Assembly (NCBI GenBank): GCA_964016885.1
Contig: OZ024749.1
Coordinates: forward strand, 30,876,001-30,940,000
Direction of reading: 5' to 3'
DNA length: 64,000 nucleotides
Source of the DNA: Eledone cirrhosa
Taxonomy: Eukaryota
Shown here: piece by piece, positions 44,953 through 60,278 of the stretch
Layout of the letters: each line of letters starts with the position of its first letter
How positions within the stretch are numbered: the stretch's first letter is position 1
Position numbers and translations under genes: made by a program
Notes under the pieces: model-generated
Told to the model about the DNA's origin: nothing
Seen by the model: only the letters and a program-made list of their open reading frames with translations
Database searches by the model: none

Positions 44953-47433
44953 CCTCTATTTCCGTATTTGTGTCTGTATTTTTTTACATATTTACTTGCA
45001 TTAACAGATCTTGGACTTTCATCAATTTAAAATCAATTACCTGATCAGGAAAAAAACATTTTAGTCATTGAATGCAACACACTAAAACATTTAAGTTCAC
45101 TTTTCATTCATCATTTCTTTCCTGTTGGCAAATGTTTCGTCGCACAGTTCCCATTGGGACTGTCACCAAATATTAATTAATAAGTATAATATATATACAC
45201 AATCCTGTCAATTCGTGTTTTTTTTTAAACGCTTAAGAAAAAATTGATAAAATGATTCATGAGATCTATTTGACCGACTAAATGAGGACGAGGCCCCAGC
45301 AAGGCCACTGCAATCTAATAACTGAAAATTGGGTAATAATTTTGGGGGTTCTTAACATATGATGTGCTTGTAGGAGCACCAACTTGGCACATAGCATTCC
45401 TTGAGCATTGTAGCATGGAACACATACCTCTCCAGTTGCCACAGAGAATGAAATCGAGGAAAAGAGCTATAAAGATCGATAGCATATGAACCAAACTATG
45501 TACTTAGCTGGTACTTTTTTATCGAACTCAAAAGGATGGAAGGCATAGTTGATCTTTGCTGGATTTGAATGCAACGCAGTGTGCTCGAAAAAAACAAGGC
45601 ATTAGTAAACCGACGCCATAAATAACAAAAAGAATATTACGAATGCAATAATATATTTTTTAGTAGTTTTGTTTTCTTCTTAAATAGCTTATAATATGTT
45701 TCTTATAATCAATGTTCTGGGAGCAAAACTATATTTTATGTATACTTTTATGCCAATAGATGTGCGAACATTTTAAAGAGTAATGCTTTTTTCTATTCAA
45801 CCTAACTGAATCTTCATTCAATATATTATCAATTTAAAATAAATATAATAACACAAATAATGTACTACCAATATTCTATTGCAGAATATACAAACTCTGT
45901 TTTGTTGGTATTTTTAATCGTTCTTAACTTTTAGAACACGATAATCTATTGATTATTAATTTTTATATACATTAGATATATTATATTAAAAATTAAATTT
46001 AAATATTTTGAAGTGAATAAATTTAATTACATTCAATTCTTACTAAATAAAATAACAAAGCTAAAAATATTGAAAAATATGTTAAACCCCCAAAGATTAA
46101 TTTCATTGCACTAACTTATCGTTTATTCTGCATTTTTAGAATAAAATATATTAAACCCATTTAACTAAAACATTACTTTTTTTTTTCAATAAAAACATCA
46201 GTGATTTCTTCAATTATCAATGTTCGTACCTAATTAATAAATTATTTTGCTATTCATCTTTGTATTATATTTTCAATTATAGATTTAATTATATATATAC
46301 ATTGGAAGATTTATATTATGTTCAGTAATTAATTTTAAATTATTAAAAAACAGTGAATTGGATCATATTTAAATAACATATTCTTGATAATAGTTTCTAA
46401 TCAAATGAGAAGCCAACATAAAACCCGCATTATACAGACATTCAATGGTTATCTTGAGGCGATATGTGTAAAGATTGTTAGAACTCAATCACGAAGTACG
46501 AATCATTTTCTTAGAAATTAAGTTTAAGTATTTCACACTATATTTTTCTGCAAATAAAAATGGCCGTTATTTAGAAAACAAGACTAAAAACATGTTTTCA
46601 TTCGTTCTATTTAAGCAGTGGGTTTCTCAATCCACTCATAAGCAAATGATAAATAGTTAATATTAGAAAGTATGGAAAGCAAAAATCGGAAATTCCTCGA
46701 ATGTATTCACACGAATGGTTTGATAAATTAAAAATACTTGCTTCCTACTTGTTTAGTATAGCAAACCAAGAAAACATATCTTTATCGAAATGCATTTACT
46801 TTTTCATTTCTTAGTTCGGTTTCTTTATAAATATACTCTTACAAATGTAGTTTTGCTAAATGTATTTATATAAATATCGTGTTTTCCATTTATATGTACA
46901 TATATTTTATGTGTATATTAAATAATATATTTTTCTTTTCATACATGAACAAATCAGGAAGATTTCCACCTTTATGGCTTCACAGATATATAGAATTAAT
47001 ATAAAAGGAGAAATGAATCCACAATGGGCCGTCTGTTTAACTTGGAAGGCTTTAACAAAGAACATAAAAAAAAACGCTTCGGCAATATACTACATTTAAT
47101 GGAACTTTCTTTAATATGACCAGAATGAAAAAGATAATTCTTAATTACTCGCAGTTGTACAACATTTTGAGTCGAGGGTCTAAAGATATGTGATATGCAT
47201 GTAATTCTCATAATGATTAACTGCATAAATGTAGCAAATTGGCTTCAAACAGTAATGAATACAAATAGGAAAATTGAGCTCCTAGAAGCTAATATTCTGT
47301 TCTATATCATGTCATATTATTAGCTTTAATATAATTCATTACATACAGAAATATACTAGAGAATTATTTGATTGAGACCAGGCATACCATTACAGGATAC
47401 AAACAGAAACAGTACTTCATAAAAGTAATCATA

Positions 47434-47668
47434 TACGAGGAATGGTTGAAGGATTCATAGGCTGAAACGTGCAAAGGGTAGAAAAGTTCGTAGGCTGACC
47501 AAGATACTCTCATGTAAAAACCACACAAGGTTTATTTATCAAAATAGGGCCTTGAGACAAAAATAATGCAGTTAATGATAAGAAGAGTTGAAATTAATGT
47601 TTGCAAGATTTCACAGCATAACATAACTCCTTTATAGTCAGCCTATGAACTTGTCAGACAACCCTCCT

Positions 47669-47669
<1 letters not shown>
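47434..47669. mobile_element. Degenerate mariner-like MITE
   Basis: TA|CGAGG..TTCATAGGCTGA and inverted TCAGCCTATGAA..CCTCC|TA; partial duplicate at ~47850-47990. Confidence 0.5.
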
Positions 47670-47706
<37 letters not shown>

Positions 47707-47707
47707 G

Positions 47708-47844
<137 letters not shown>

Positions 47845-48479
47845 CATATGTAAGATTTCACAGCTTTAGGATCACTCCTTCATAGGCTGACAATGATACT
47901 CTCATGGAATGAGCAAATGAGGTTTATTTTTCCCTATAGTCCTTGGAAAGAAACAATGCAGTTATTAATAAGGAGTGTTGAAGATAATTCATGAAAGCCA
48001 CATCTACGAAGTGAATCAATACCAGGCTGTATTCATTGTAAATCGAACAACTTATTTAAGGGTAGGACTTAACAGCATGTTTGGTCCCCACTTCCCGGTA
48101 TTTAATGAAGAATTTATTTCATAGACCCTAGAAAGATGAGAAATTAAGTTGACGTTAGCGTCATTTGAATTTAGAAAATAAATGATTACAACTAAAATAA
48201 CTCAACCGATGGGGCCAAGTTTATTAATGATGATAATTCTTCGAATACGTCAGCATGATTACGATATCCAGCCCCTTCTCCCACCACAACCATCACAAGT
48301 ACTTCCCCTCACCCCAAAAACAATCACCACCGTCAATAACAACAGCAACGACAACAGCAACAACAGCGACAATATCAAAACGCAAAAAATAAAATAAAAC
48401 AACACAAATGTAACAAAATAATAAGAAAAAAATCAAGACATGTAATTAGAAACAACGCTAGTTCTCTCATCCTTAATTC

Positions 48480-49245
48480 CATACCACCCACCATCATCAC
48501 CAACAGCATCCCCATCATCATTACAACAACAAACAACAGTATTGAAAACAGTACCACCACAGTCACAAACACAGGCACCAACACACTAACCACTACCACC
48601 ACTCCAACTACCACAGTCACCACCACAATAACAACCATCAGCACAGTCATCACACCAACCGTCACAGCCACAACCACACCAACCACAGGCACCACCACAC
48701 CGACTACAGATACCAACACACTAACTACCACCACACCAACTACCACAATCACAACCACACAAACCACCATCAGAGTTACCAACACACCAACCACCACACC
48801 AACCACAACAGTCACCACCACACCAACCACAGTCACCACCAACACAATCACAACCACAAAAACCACCACCACCACCACACCAAACACCACAGTCACAACC
48901 ACACAAACCACCACAGTCACCATCACACTCACAACCACAACAGCAACCATCACACCAACCACCACCACCACTATACCAACCACCATATCAACCAACACAG
49001 TCACCACGCCCAGACCACCACCACCACAACCACCACCACAACCGCCACACCAACCACCACCACAACCACCACCACAACCACCACACCAACCACCACCACA
49101 CCAACCGCTATAACAACCACCACAACCACTACACCAACCACCACCAAAACCTCAAACACTACTCCAACCACTACCACGACTACCACACCAAACACTACAA
49201 CAACCACCACCACCAACACTACCACCACCACAACAAGCGACACCT
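48480..49245. repeat. (ACC/ACA)-rich low-complexity region
   Basis: Degenerate trinucleotide periodicity. Confidence 0.8.
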
Positions 49246-49969
49246 CTTAAAAATGGCCAAACGCTACATTAGTTGCTAGATTCAATCTAAAACTAACCGT
49301 ATTTCTTTTTGTTTATTTATTGTTTCACTTATTTATTATTAATTTTATTAAAATATTTTATAAATTTGTTTGTTTTGTGTTTGTTTATTCATTTGTATAT
49401 ACATAGCTGTATGTTGTTGTTGTCGTTGTTGACGTTGTTGCTTGTTGTTGTTGTTATTTTTGCTGTTGTTATAGATATCGTTGTTGATGTGTTATTATTA
49501 TTGCTGTGGTTGTTGCTGTTGTTGTTGATGTGTTGCTGCTGTTATTATTGCTGCTGTAGTTGTTAGCATTGCTGGTGCTGTTGTAATGAGCTGAAATTAC
49601 CATATTTTCCATTGGATGGTCACGAGGACAAATAATACGTTGATTAATTTGAGGTCAAAGAAACCAGAATTGGCAAATGATCAGCCATTTTGAATTTGAC
49701 ATTTCATATTGAGCCTGCATTAGGGTTGATGTGGTTTGTTGCTCAAGCGAATCTTCTTCCTGGTCAACATAGTAGTTGTGGTCGTTATCATCGTCGTCGT
49801 TGTTGTCGTTGTTGTAGCTGTTGTGGTCGTTGTGGTTGTTGTTGTTGTTGTTGTTGCTGTTGTTATTGTTGTTGCGGTTGTTATTGTTGTTGTCGTCGTT
49901 GTTGTGTTGGATTGCTGCTGTTGTATGTTTTGTTGTTTTTAATGTATCTATTGCTATTGTTGAAGCTGC

Positions 49970-50012
<43 letters not shown>

Positions 50013-50229
50013 GCCGTTCTCATCGCTGTCGTCGTCGTCGCTGTTGTCGTCGTTGCTGTTGTCGTTGTTGTTGAGGTTGCTGTTGTTGTTTTTGCAAAAA
50101 TTATGATGATGAAACATAACGGGAAAATGTGGAAAGAGTGAATGAAAATAGCGAACAGAGAACAAGAGAGGAAAACAGAACGAGAGGAGGGAAGATAGAA
50201 AGAAAGAGATATATAGAGTAAAAGAAAAT

Positions 50230-50950
<721 letters not shown>

Positions 50951-51035
50951 GTGAGCAACAGCAATAACTACAATAATACTATCAACAAGAAAATAAATGC
51001 ACACACAAAAAATTCGTTCGATGCACAGACATACG

Positions 51036-51116
<81 letters not shown>

Positions 51117-51204
51117 AATGCTGCTGCTGCTACTACTGCTAGCACCAATACCAGCACCACTACTACTACTACACTGATATTAATTCTACCTTTACATGAG
51201 CAAC

Positions 51205-51410
51205 ATGGACACGAAAATGCACACAACTGTGGTGGATGCTTAGACTTGGTAAGAATCTAGTGGGATGAAAGAGAATGGACTAAATTGATCAACCGTCTCG
51301 GGATGTCCACCTGGAGATTGATGAACTCAAGAATGACATGGAAGATTGTGACTCATGGAAGGGAAATGTAGAATCGGTCCGGGGCAATTCGTCCAACTTA
51401 AAGAAAAGAG
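51205..51410 (+). mobile_element. Degraded RTE-like 3' end
   Basis: Remnant resembling the RTE C-terminus (ELKNDMED..W). Confidence 0.45.
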
Positions 51411-51444
51411 GGAAGAAGACTAACGCAAATATAATTAAATATGT

Positions 51445-52027
51445 CCCTCTGAAGAACATAATGAACTACTGAGTGTCAACATATTAAACCTCTGAGGATC
51501 AACATAATTAACCACTGAGGATCAACATAATGAACCAGTGCGGATCAACATAATGAACCAGTCAGAATCAACACATTAATCCACTGAGGATTAACATAAT
51601 GAATCACTGAGGATTAATATAATGAACCAGCGAGGATCAAAATAATGAACCAATGTGGATCAACTTAATGAACCAATGAGGATCAACATATTGAACCACT
51701 GAGGATCAACATATTGAACTTCTGAGAATCAACATAATGAACCAGTGAGGATCAACATAGTGAACCACTGAGGATCAACATAAGGAACCACTGAGGATCA
51801 ACATAATGGACCACTGAGAATCACCAGAATAAACCACTGAGGATCAACATAATGAACCAGTGAGATTCAACATATTGAACCATAAAGATCAACATATTCA
51901 ACCACTGAGAATCTACATATTGAACCACTGAGAATCAACATCACGAACCAGTGAGCATCAACATAATTAACTACTAAGAATTAACATAATGAACCACTGA
52001 TAATAAACATAATGAACCACTGAGAAT
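51445..52027. repeat. 23-bp minisatellite, ~25 diverged copies
   Basis: Consensus AACATAATGAACCACTGAGGATC. Confidence 0.92.
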
Positions 52028-52887
52028 GGACCTTACAACCATTTGATCTTTAGCCGAAAACCTTGCCCACTAAATCACGGACCATTAAGAAGTCGGAAAT
52101 AGATTTGAAGATAACAATTTTCTGATTTATAGCATTACTACTATTAAACAAACACAAGCTCATACATACGCTTATACAGAAACACCCACCCAACCCCACA
52201 CATCCCCACACACACAATTTATTAACAGCTGCTTCATAATGTTGCTCGTAATTCATCAATGATGGCAAACTTTTGGAGTTCTTCGACTAAAGTGATATTA
52301 GTAAAAAGCTCGATATATTGGCATTTAAATAATGCCATGAGCAGAAGAATATTTCTTTGAAAATCAAAACCCAGGTGAAATTAAAATTAAAACAAAAGGA
52401 GAAATTTCGGAAGAAAAAAATAATAAAAAAATTCAATGTCCAAAGAAGGAAATCAAGGAAGATGGAGAGATATAAATAAATAAATAAATAAAAAAGAAAG
52501 GAAGAAAGAACTACACCTGGAAATCTTGAAATATTTTAATTGATGGCACATATTTTGTTTTTTTGGTATTGTTTTAAATTTTAAATTCTATTTTTCTGTC
52601 GTTATATATATATTTTTTTAGATCTAAAAAAAGTGGTTTTGTTTTTTAATATCCAATATATTTTCATTTCTTGAAGGTATTCTCGTGAAAGGAATACTTT
52701 ACCGTTGGATAAACATATAATGAACGAGAATTTAAATGAGCATAGCCACATACGCTTTAATGGTTACAGGCATTTAATGGTTTATTTCATTATTTTAATT
52801 ATTTGATTTTTTAGTTATTTATTCATTTATGTATATTTAAATTATTTGTTATAATATTGTTATTATTACTAATATTGTCATTATTAT

Positions 52888-53078
52888 TGCGGTGGATTGG
52901 CAGTATTGGTAGAGGGTCAGACGCCATGCTTTCCAGCATAGTTACGTCCCTTTACGGTCTGAGTTCAAATCCCGACGAGGTTATCTTTGCCTTTCATCCT
53001 TACGGGGTCGATAAAATAAAGTACCAGTAATGTACTGGGTAATTGCTGGCCTTGTGCCTAAAGTAGAAACAATTATTA
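52888..53078 (+). mobile_element. OK-like SINE
   Basis: Head, core and (ATT)n tail. Confidence 0.85.
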
Positions 53079-53114
53079 CTATTATTATTACTATTATTAT
53101 TATTATTATTATTG

Positions 53115-54065
53115 TTGTTCTTTGAGTCTCAGTCATTGATGTTAGTTAACTGGAAAGTTTTGTTGAAATGAATATCAAACCACTACCTGCAGCCTCAGAT
53201 ATTCAGGACGTATCAGAGGGTTCTTGCTGTTCCCAGCAAGCATGCCTTTTAAAGTGTTCCAAAAAGCGGGGCGGGGCCAATTTTCTTTAACCATCCCTGG
53301 AAACTCTTTGAGATAGTACCTAGTGTGCCTATGAAAATCGGGACCACTTTGACTTCATGGCAGTTCCAAATCCTTTTTACCTCCCACTTTAAGTCCTGGT
53401 ATCGGTTAATTTTCTACCTCTCCTTCTCTTGCATTCTCGTGTCGAATGGGCAGGCCACATCCACAATCAGGCACGATCTTTTTTCCTTGTCCAAAACCAC
53501 CAGGTCAGGTCTATTGTGTTCCAGTTTCTTGTCCGTCTGTATCCTAAAATCCCACAGCACCTTCACCTGATTGTTTTCTATCACCGACTCTGGCTTATGC
53601 TCATACCACTTTTCAGAATGTGGCAAATTGTTTACTTTGCATAGATGCCAGTGGATCACCCTGCCCATCACATCATGTCTCCAGCCTTTATAGTGAGGCT
53701 GGGCTAGGTGTTTACACTCGGATACAAATATGAGCCACAGTCTCCTCTCTCCACAGATCCTGCATAGTGGGCTAGCCTCCTCCTTGTAAATATGGTGTTT
53801 CAGCCACTTCGTTTTGAGGACCTGCTCTTGCGCAGCCATTAGAATTCCTTCTGTAGCCTTTATAAGGACTCCTCTTTTCAACCAGTTCCATATCTGTGGA
53901 TCTCTGAATTCAGTTTTCTCAAAGAAGGTACTATGAAGGGATTTTTCATGAAGGCTGCTCTTTCTCCTTGTTGTTATTTCCTCCTTGGACATCCCCTGGT
54001 CTATTGTCTTCTCATTCAGTACAATTCTGAGCATTGGCACCTTACTATCAGTCCCGTATTTGTGT
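53115..54065 (-). mobile_element. R4/Dong-clade LINE, 5'-truncated (CCHC + restriction-like endonuclease)
   Basis: TEGILMAAQEQ, CRIC, RHD, VLWDFRIQTD..HNRPD..IVDVACP; flanked by (TAA)n. Confidence 0.85.
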
Positions 54066-54089
54066 ATGTTATATTATTATTATTATTAC

Positions 54090-55893
54090 AGCTGCATTTA
54101 TCTTGCTTTATGTTCATACGAGTTATCACCATGTCACAACCAATGACCTCAAGAGATAACAAGGTCCGCCATGTTCAAGAAAGAACATACATACTCACAC
54201 ATGCATCTTTAGGTGTTTAGACTTGTGATGTACTTATATTGACAGAATCTTCCTTAGTATATGGGCAGTTCCCATTAGTACTATCTTTTGTATTTCTCCT
54301 ATACGCGGGTTTCCTGGGATTGGCGATAAGTAATCATTAGACCCCTTAGGTATCATTCCTAGATCGCCCACAACCACTGGTATTGTTTTAGTTCTCAATT
54401 TCCACATTTTCCAATTTCTATCTCCATGTCCTTATACTTGCTCAATTTTTCAAATGTTTTTATAGATACATTCTTGTCTATTGGAACGGACATATCAATT
54501 AGCAGGCATACCCTCTTTTTAAAGTCCTTCAATATTATATCAGGTCAATTTGCATCTATTTTTCGGTCTGTTTGGATGCTAAAGTTCCACAAGATTGAGA
54601 TGAGATCTTTTTCAAGTATGGGAGGTGGTTGATGCTCCCACCAATTCTTTTGATGGGGCAGGTCAAAATGCTTACACATTATCCAATGTATGTATTGTGC
54701 AGCTCTGTCATGCCTGTTTAGGTATTCGGTTGGAGCTATAGGACTGCACATTGAAATTATATGGTCAATGGTTTCTGGTTGTTTTTTACATACACGGCAT
54801 AATGGGCTGCATCCATTTTTTATTATGTTGGCTTGGTAATTTGTTGTTGGCAGACACTGATCTTGTGCTGATATAATCAGTCCTTCAGTCTCCGATTTCA
54901 GTCCAGAGGATGCCAACCACTGATGGGTTAAAGTTTTGTCAACATCGGGATTGTTAGCTCGTTCTGGGTATTTTCCATACAGAGGCTTTTCTTGCCATTT
55001 CTTAGCCTGTTTCTGTAGCAGTTCTTTCTTTGCAGTTACTTTTACCTGCTTTGGTTTTTCTGCGTTTTCCATTTCAGCAGTAAATGGGACTTCTGAAATT
55101 TGTAGTCCATTACTGTATCTTCGTGCATCTTTTGTAATGAAGTATGATCTTTTGATGCTTTCGTGTTTCAAAACGAGTTTGATCATCCAATCATGTGATT
55201 CCCTTAGATATGTAGATAATCCAATTGTTGCAGTTTTCAACGCAATGTCTAACTGGATCAACCCACGTCCTCCTTCTTTCCTAGGGAGATATATTCTATC
55301 TGAATCTGCCTTAGGGTGATGCATTCTGTGCATGGTTAAGAATTTTCGAATTTTTGTATCGAGCCTACGGATCTCTGTGCTGACCAGTTGATGACATTGT
55401 AACTGTAGGTTACTACTGGTATGGCCAGCGTGTTTATGGCATCGATCCTATTCCTTGCATTCAATTCCGCTCTTACTCTGCGGTAACATTCCTTCCTTAT
55501 CCTTTCCCTCATTGTCGAGTGCTTGATTCCGTCTCCTTCACAAACACCTAGATATTTGTAAGTTTCCTCTTGAACAAGTTCTCTTATCACATTCCCCCGA
55601 TCAAGATTAATGTCTGAACTTTTCAGCAGCTTTCCTCTGGTGAACGTTGCTTTGGCGCATTTATCTAGTCCAAACTCCATTTCAATGTCATCACTTAACT
55701 GCTCCACGGTGGATAATAATAGCCCTTGCAATTGCTCATCATTTTTTGCAAATAGTTTCAGGTCATCCATGTAGAACAGGTGATTAATGGTTTTGTCATA
55801 GATTTTATACCCATGTTTTGTTTCATTGAGCATTTTACTTAATGGTATAAGTGCGATGCAGAATAAAGGCGGTGATAAAGAGTCACCCTGAAA
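54090..55893 (-). mobile_element. R4/Dong-clade LINE, 5'-truncated (RT + RLE), pseudogenised
   Basis: FQGDSLSP, HLFYMDDLKL, YKYLG, CRVC..H..C, RHD, N*PD; frameshift near 55335; (TAA)n flanks. Confidence 0.9.
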
Positions 55894-55894
55894 A

Positions 55895-55959
<65 letters not shown>

Positions 55960-55960
<1 letters not shown>

Positions 55961-56055
55961 TGCATTTATCTTGCTTTATGTTCATACGAGTTATCACCAA
56001 GTCACAACCAGTGACCTCAAGAGACAACAAGGTCCGCCATGTTCAAGAAAGAACA

Positions 56056-56057
<2 letters not shown>
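55960..56057 (-). mobile_element. Third Dong-like copy, 3' terminal ~100 bp only
   Basis: Near-identical to 54093-54190, between (TAA)n tracts. Confidence 0.85.
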
Positions 56058-56104
<47 letters not shown>

Positions 56105-56485
56105 TATAATATTTTATTATATATTATTTTTGTTTGATAATTCTATAATTTCATTTTAGCATCCGTGGGGTAGGAGTGATGGTATGTGGAGGCTGAAGAA
56201 AAGATTTGCAGCTTTAATTCATTCATTTCGAACTATGAGAAATTTTACGAAGAATTTCATTCTCTCGGAGAGAATTAATTGGATTCATTTGGCGGAATCT
56301 CTTTTAATTACTTTGGTTTATTATTATTATTAACCTTATTTTTATCATTATTACCATTGGGTATTGTTATTAGTATTATCATTATTTTCATTATTGTTAT
56401 TTTTACTGAATTTTAACAATTTTTAAATAAACAAACAAACAAATAAATAAATAAATAATAAATAAATAAATATATAAATAGATAA

Positions 56486-56560
<75 letters not shown>

Positions 56561-56565
<5 letters not shown>

Positions 56566-57011
56566 ATAATAATAAATTTGAAGACTAAAATCCAAAGTAG
56601 GTTCGATAAGGATAAATATATATCAAATATATAAGAACCGTAGAGCAAAAATTTATTGAAATAACAGTTTAAAGTTTAAGCAAAGAATCGCTGCTTTCAC
56701 CTTTAACGGGATCTTCTGAAACTAACAAAGTCAATCTGTAAACGCAGAAGTGGATATTTCAAAAAACGTTGCAGACGGAGGAGGACAGGAAGACGATACT
56801 TTGGTTCGTGGAAACGTTCCCTGGCAAAGAACGGGAAAAAACGCATATAATACGTCATTAATAGGAGCGGTGAAAAACAATTACACGCAAAGACAGAACC
56901 ACGTTTATGGTATAAAATAAGTCGTAGACTAATGTTCTCTTAGGTGGTTCGGTTCAGAAGATCCCGTTAAGGGTGAAAGCAGCGATTCTTTGCTTAAACT
57001 TTAATCTGTTA

Positions 57012-57018
<7 letters not shown>
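56561..57018. mobile_element. Family B fold-back (tailed arm -, tailless arm +)
   Basis: HHR folds at 56673-56723 (-) and 56951-57000 (+); TA flanks. Confidence 0.85.
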
Positions 57019-57096
<78 letters not shown>

Positions 57097-57170
57097 ACTA
57101 CCTGGAATACCATAACTGGACTTCACCTAAGTGGACTGCATTTAACTATTATTTGTTAATCCGTATATAT

Positions 57171-57215
<45 letters not shown>

Positions 57216-58411
57216 AAGTTTTATTAAAAATGGTTGGGCTACAACGAGTAAATATTTATAACTGATATAAAAGCACTCAACAAGTATTTGGAGTATATTT
57301 ACGATATTAAATAAATGGAAACTATATTTATAAAACCATATTTATTTCATTATATATATTTCAGGGATATCATATTAAAAATATTGTATGCCTTCATCAG
57401 ACAAAATACAATATAAACAGTCTTATAAATAGATAGATTTGACATACCTTACAACTTCAACTTCCATTTAAAAAGTTGATTTGGTAGTGAAAAATGTTAG
57501 GGACAGTTATAAAAAGAAAGAAAGAAAGAAAGCGAAGAAAAAGAAGAAATGCATGCAACGAAAAACAGAGAGAGATAGATATAGAGAGATAGATAGAGAG
57601 AAGAAATTCATGTAAATAAAAAACAGAGAGAGATAGATAGAGAGAGAAAAAAACACAGAGGGAGATAGATAGAGAGAGAGAGAAGAGAGAGAGAGAAAAA
57701 ATAGAGAGAGAGAGATATAGATAGAGATAGAGAGAAAGAAAATAGGTAGTTGGGCACCAGTTGAATGACGTATCAATGATATATTTATTTATTTATTTAT
57801 TTATTTAGTTCTAGTATTAAGGTATAGAGAGATATATGTGGTTAGGAGAGAAAACAGCCGTTACATAGAGAGAAAAGAAAAATATCCAGAGATAAACGAG
57901 GCAGATTTAAAACATTATGTTTCATCAATCTAAAAATATCAATTCGTATGAATTAGGTATTATAATGTAAATATCAGTATTCATGAATGAGACACGTATC
58001 AATAATGTGTGAAAAATAATGATCATATGTCTAATTTAAAATTCCTAGGTTTATAATCCGAACTGAGTTAAAAAAACTGAGATAAAAAACTGAGATAAAA
58101 AACTTCAAAAAAAATTGAAATACATAAGTATATATGCACTTTCATGAAAAAAGAAAAAGAAAATAGAAGGTTATCCCAGATTCGATACTATATACTTCCA
58201 TGTGAATTTACGTGATCGACTCTGCAAATTCCTATTTCACATGAAAACATTCTCATTGTGCTATAAAAATTCTAGTATACATATATGTGTACATACACAC
58301 AAATATATATAGAATCTACATTAATTATAACAATACTATTCTTGTCTTTACTCTACATGATTATCGTTCAAGCATAAATAGACAACAGAGATAGATCTGT
58401 AGAGATAGATC

Positions 58412-58831
58412 TGTAGAGATAGATCTAAATGTCCGTTAAATAACAATTGCTTAGTTAAAAATATAATATACAACTGTAATGTTAAAACGGACTTAAATTA
58501 TTTTAACTATGTTGGTTCCACCTCGACAGAATTTAAAATTCGCTATAATAACCACAAGATTTCTTTCACAGATCCAAGTAAAAAATCTTCAACATCACTA
58601 TCAGGCTTACTCTGGCAACTTAAGCATGATAACGTTGGATATTCGACGGCTTGGAATATAGTCTCAAGAGGGATTCCTTTTAATTCATCTTCTGAGACAT
58701 GTGACCTCTGCGCGGAGGAGATATTTATACTAAAATCTAAAAATTCCCTTAATTTACGGACAAATTTATTCAGTTGCTGCAGACATAGATTGAACTCAAC
58801 TTTTAAATATAAATATAAATTTAAAATGTAG
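58412..58831 (+). pseudogene. Naiad-type GIY-YIG endonuclease domain (140 codons, no start; missed by ORF track)
   Basis: CRDRSKCPLNNNCLVKNIIYNC..YVGSTSTEFKIRYNNH..TSLSGLLW..CDLCAEE..LN..CRHR..stop. Confidence 0.9.
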
Positions 58832-59915
58832 TATATTTACTTATGATTTGTAATTATTTATGAAACTCGCCGATAATTCTTTCAATTTCTTTTTTTAAAC
58901 ATTCTTCATGAATAATTAAACTACCCTAAAAGCTGATGCTCCAAATATATCGAATAAATTTTACACTAGATAAACTTCTCTAATAAATATAAGACCATCT
59001 GTAGATCAAATGGGTATCATAAACTTTTGGAATGATTTCTGCTAGACAGGATTTGGTAAATAATTTTGGTTTTGTTTGCTTTTGATTCTGATGCTTATAA
59101 TGAACTTGGCAATATATTGTCAATTAATTTTGAAGGGTTGATTTCTGTGGTTGATTTGCGGGGCATACTGTGTTTTATTTTTAATATTTTTTAATATTTT
59201 TTTATTTTTTAATATTTTTATTGATATATTGATATCTGTTGTCTATTTATGCTTGAACGATAATCATGTAGAGTAAAGACAAGAATAGTATTGTTAAAAT
59301 TAATGTAGATTCTATATATATTTGTGTGTATGTACACATATATGTATACTAGAATTTTTATAGCACAATGAGAATGTTTTCATGTGAAATAGGAATTTGC
59401 AGAGTCGATCACGTAAATTCACATAGAAGTCTATAGTATCGAATCTGGGATAACCTTCTATTTTCTTTTTCTTTTTTCATGAAAGTGCATATATACTTAT
59501 GTATTTCAATTTATTTTGAAGTTTTTTATCTCAGTTTTTTTTATCTCAGTTCGGATTATAAACCTAGGAATTTTAAACTAGACATATGATCATTATTTTT
59601 CACACATTATTGATACGTGTCTCATTCATGAATACTGATATTTACATTATAATACCTAATTCATACGAATTGATATTTTTAGATTGATGAAACATAATGT
59701 TTTAAATCTGCCTCGTTTATCTCTGGATATTTTTCTTTTCTCTCTATGTAACGGCTGTTTTCTCTCCTAACCACATATATCTCTCTATACCTTAATACTA
59801 GAACTAAATAAATAAATAAATAAATAAATATATCATTGATACGTCATTCAACTGGTGCCCAACTACCTATTTTCTTTCTCTCTATCTCTATCTATATCTA
59901 TCTCTCTCTATTTTT

Positions 59916-59947
<32 letters not shown>

Positions 59948-60212
59948 CTATCTATCTCCCTATGTGTTTTTTTTCTCTCTCTATCTATCTCTCTCTGTTT
60001 TTTATTTACATGAATTTCTTCTCTCTATCTATCTCTCTATATCTATCTCTCTCTGTTTTTCGTTGCATGCATTTCTTCTTTTTCTTCGCTTTCTTTCTTT
60101 CTTTCTTTTTATAACTGTCCCTAACATTTTTCACTACCAAATCAACTTTTTAAATGGAAGTTGAAGTTGTAAGGTATGTCAAATCTATCTATTTATAAGA
60201 CTGTTTATATTG

Positions 60213-60278
60213 TATTTTGTCTGATGAAGGCATACCATATTTTTAATATGATATCCCTGAAATATATATAATGAAATA
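60213..60278 (+). ncRNA. Type I hammerhead ribozyme, family I (mirror 57343-57408, -)
   Basis: UAUUUUGU-CUGAUGA-AGGCAUACCAUAUU..AAUAUGAUAUCCCU-GAAA-UAUAUA-UA-AUGAAAUA. Confidence 0.82.

Noticed and set aside
51445-52027. 23-bp and 40-bp (89-585) arrays as CRISPR
   Set aside because: Contiguous tandem units without unique spacers, no cas genes, eukaryotic context
54545-54547. In-frame TGA in the Dong RLE as recoding
   Set aside because: It replaces the Arg of NRPD in a copy that also has a frameshift, so it is ordinary decay
56598-56640. Apparent degenerate hammerhead on the + strand (GGTTC..GATAAGGAT..AAATATATAAGAACC)
   Set aside because: Lacks both core motifs; it is the reverse complement of the family B tail hairpin
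58412-58831. Naiad selenoprotein (in-frame UGA/SECIS)
   Set aside because: The conserved Cys positions in the three EN fragments use TGT/TGC; no in-frame TGA seen
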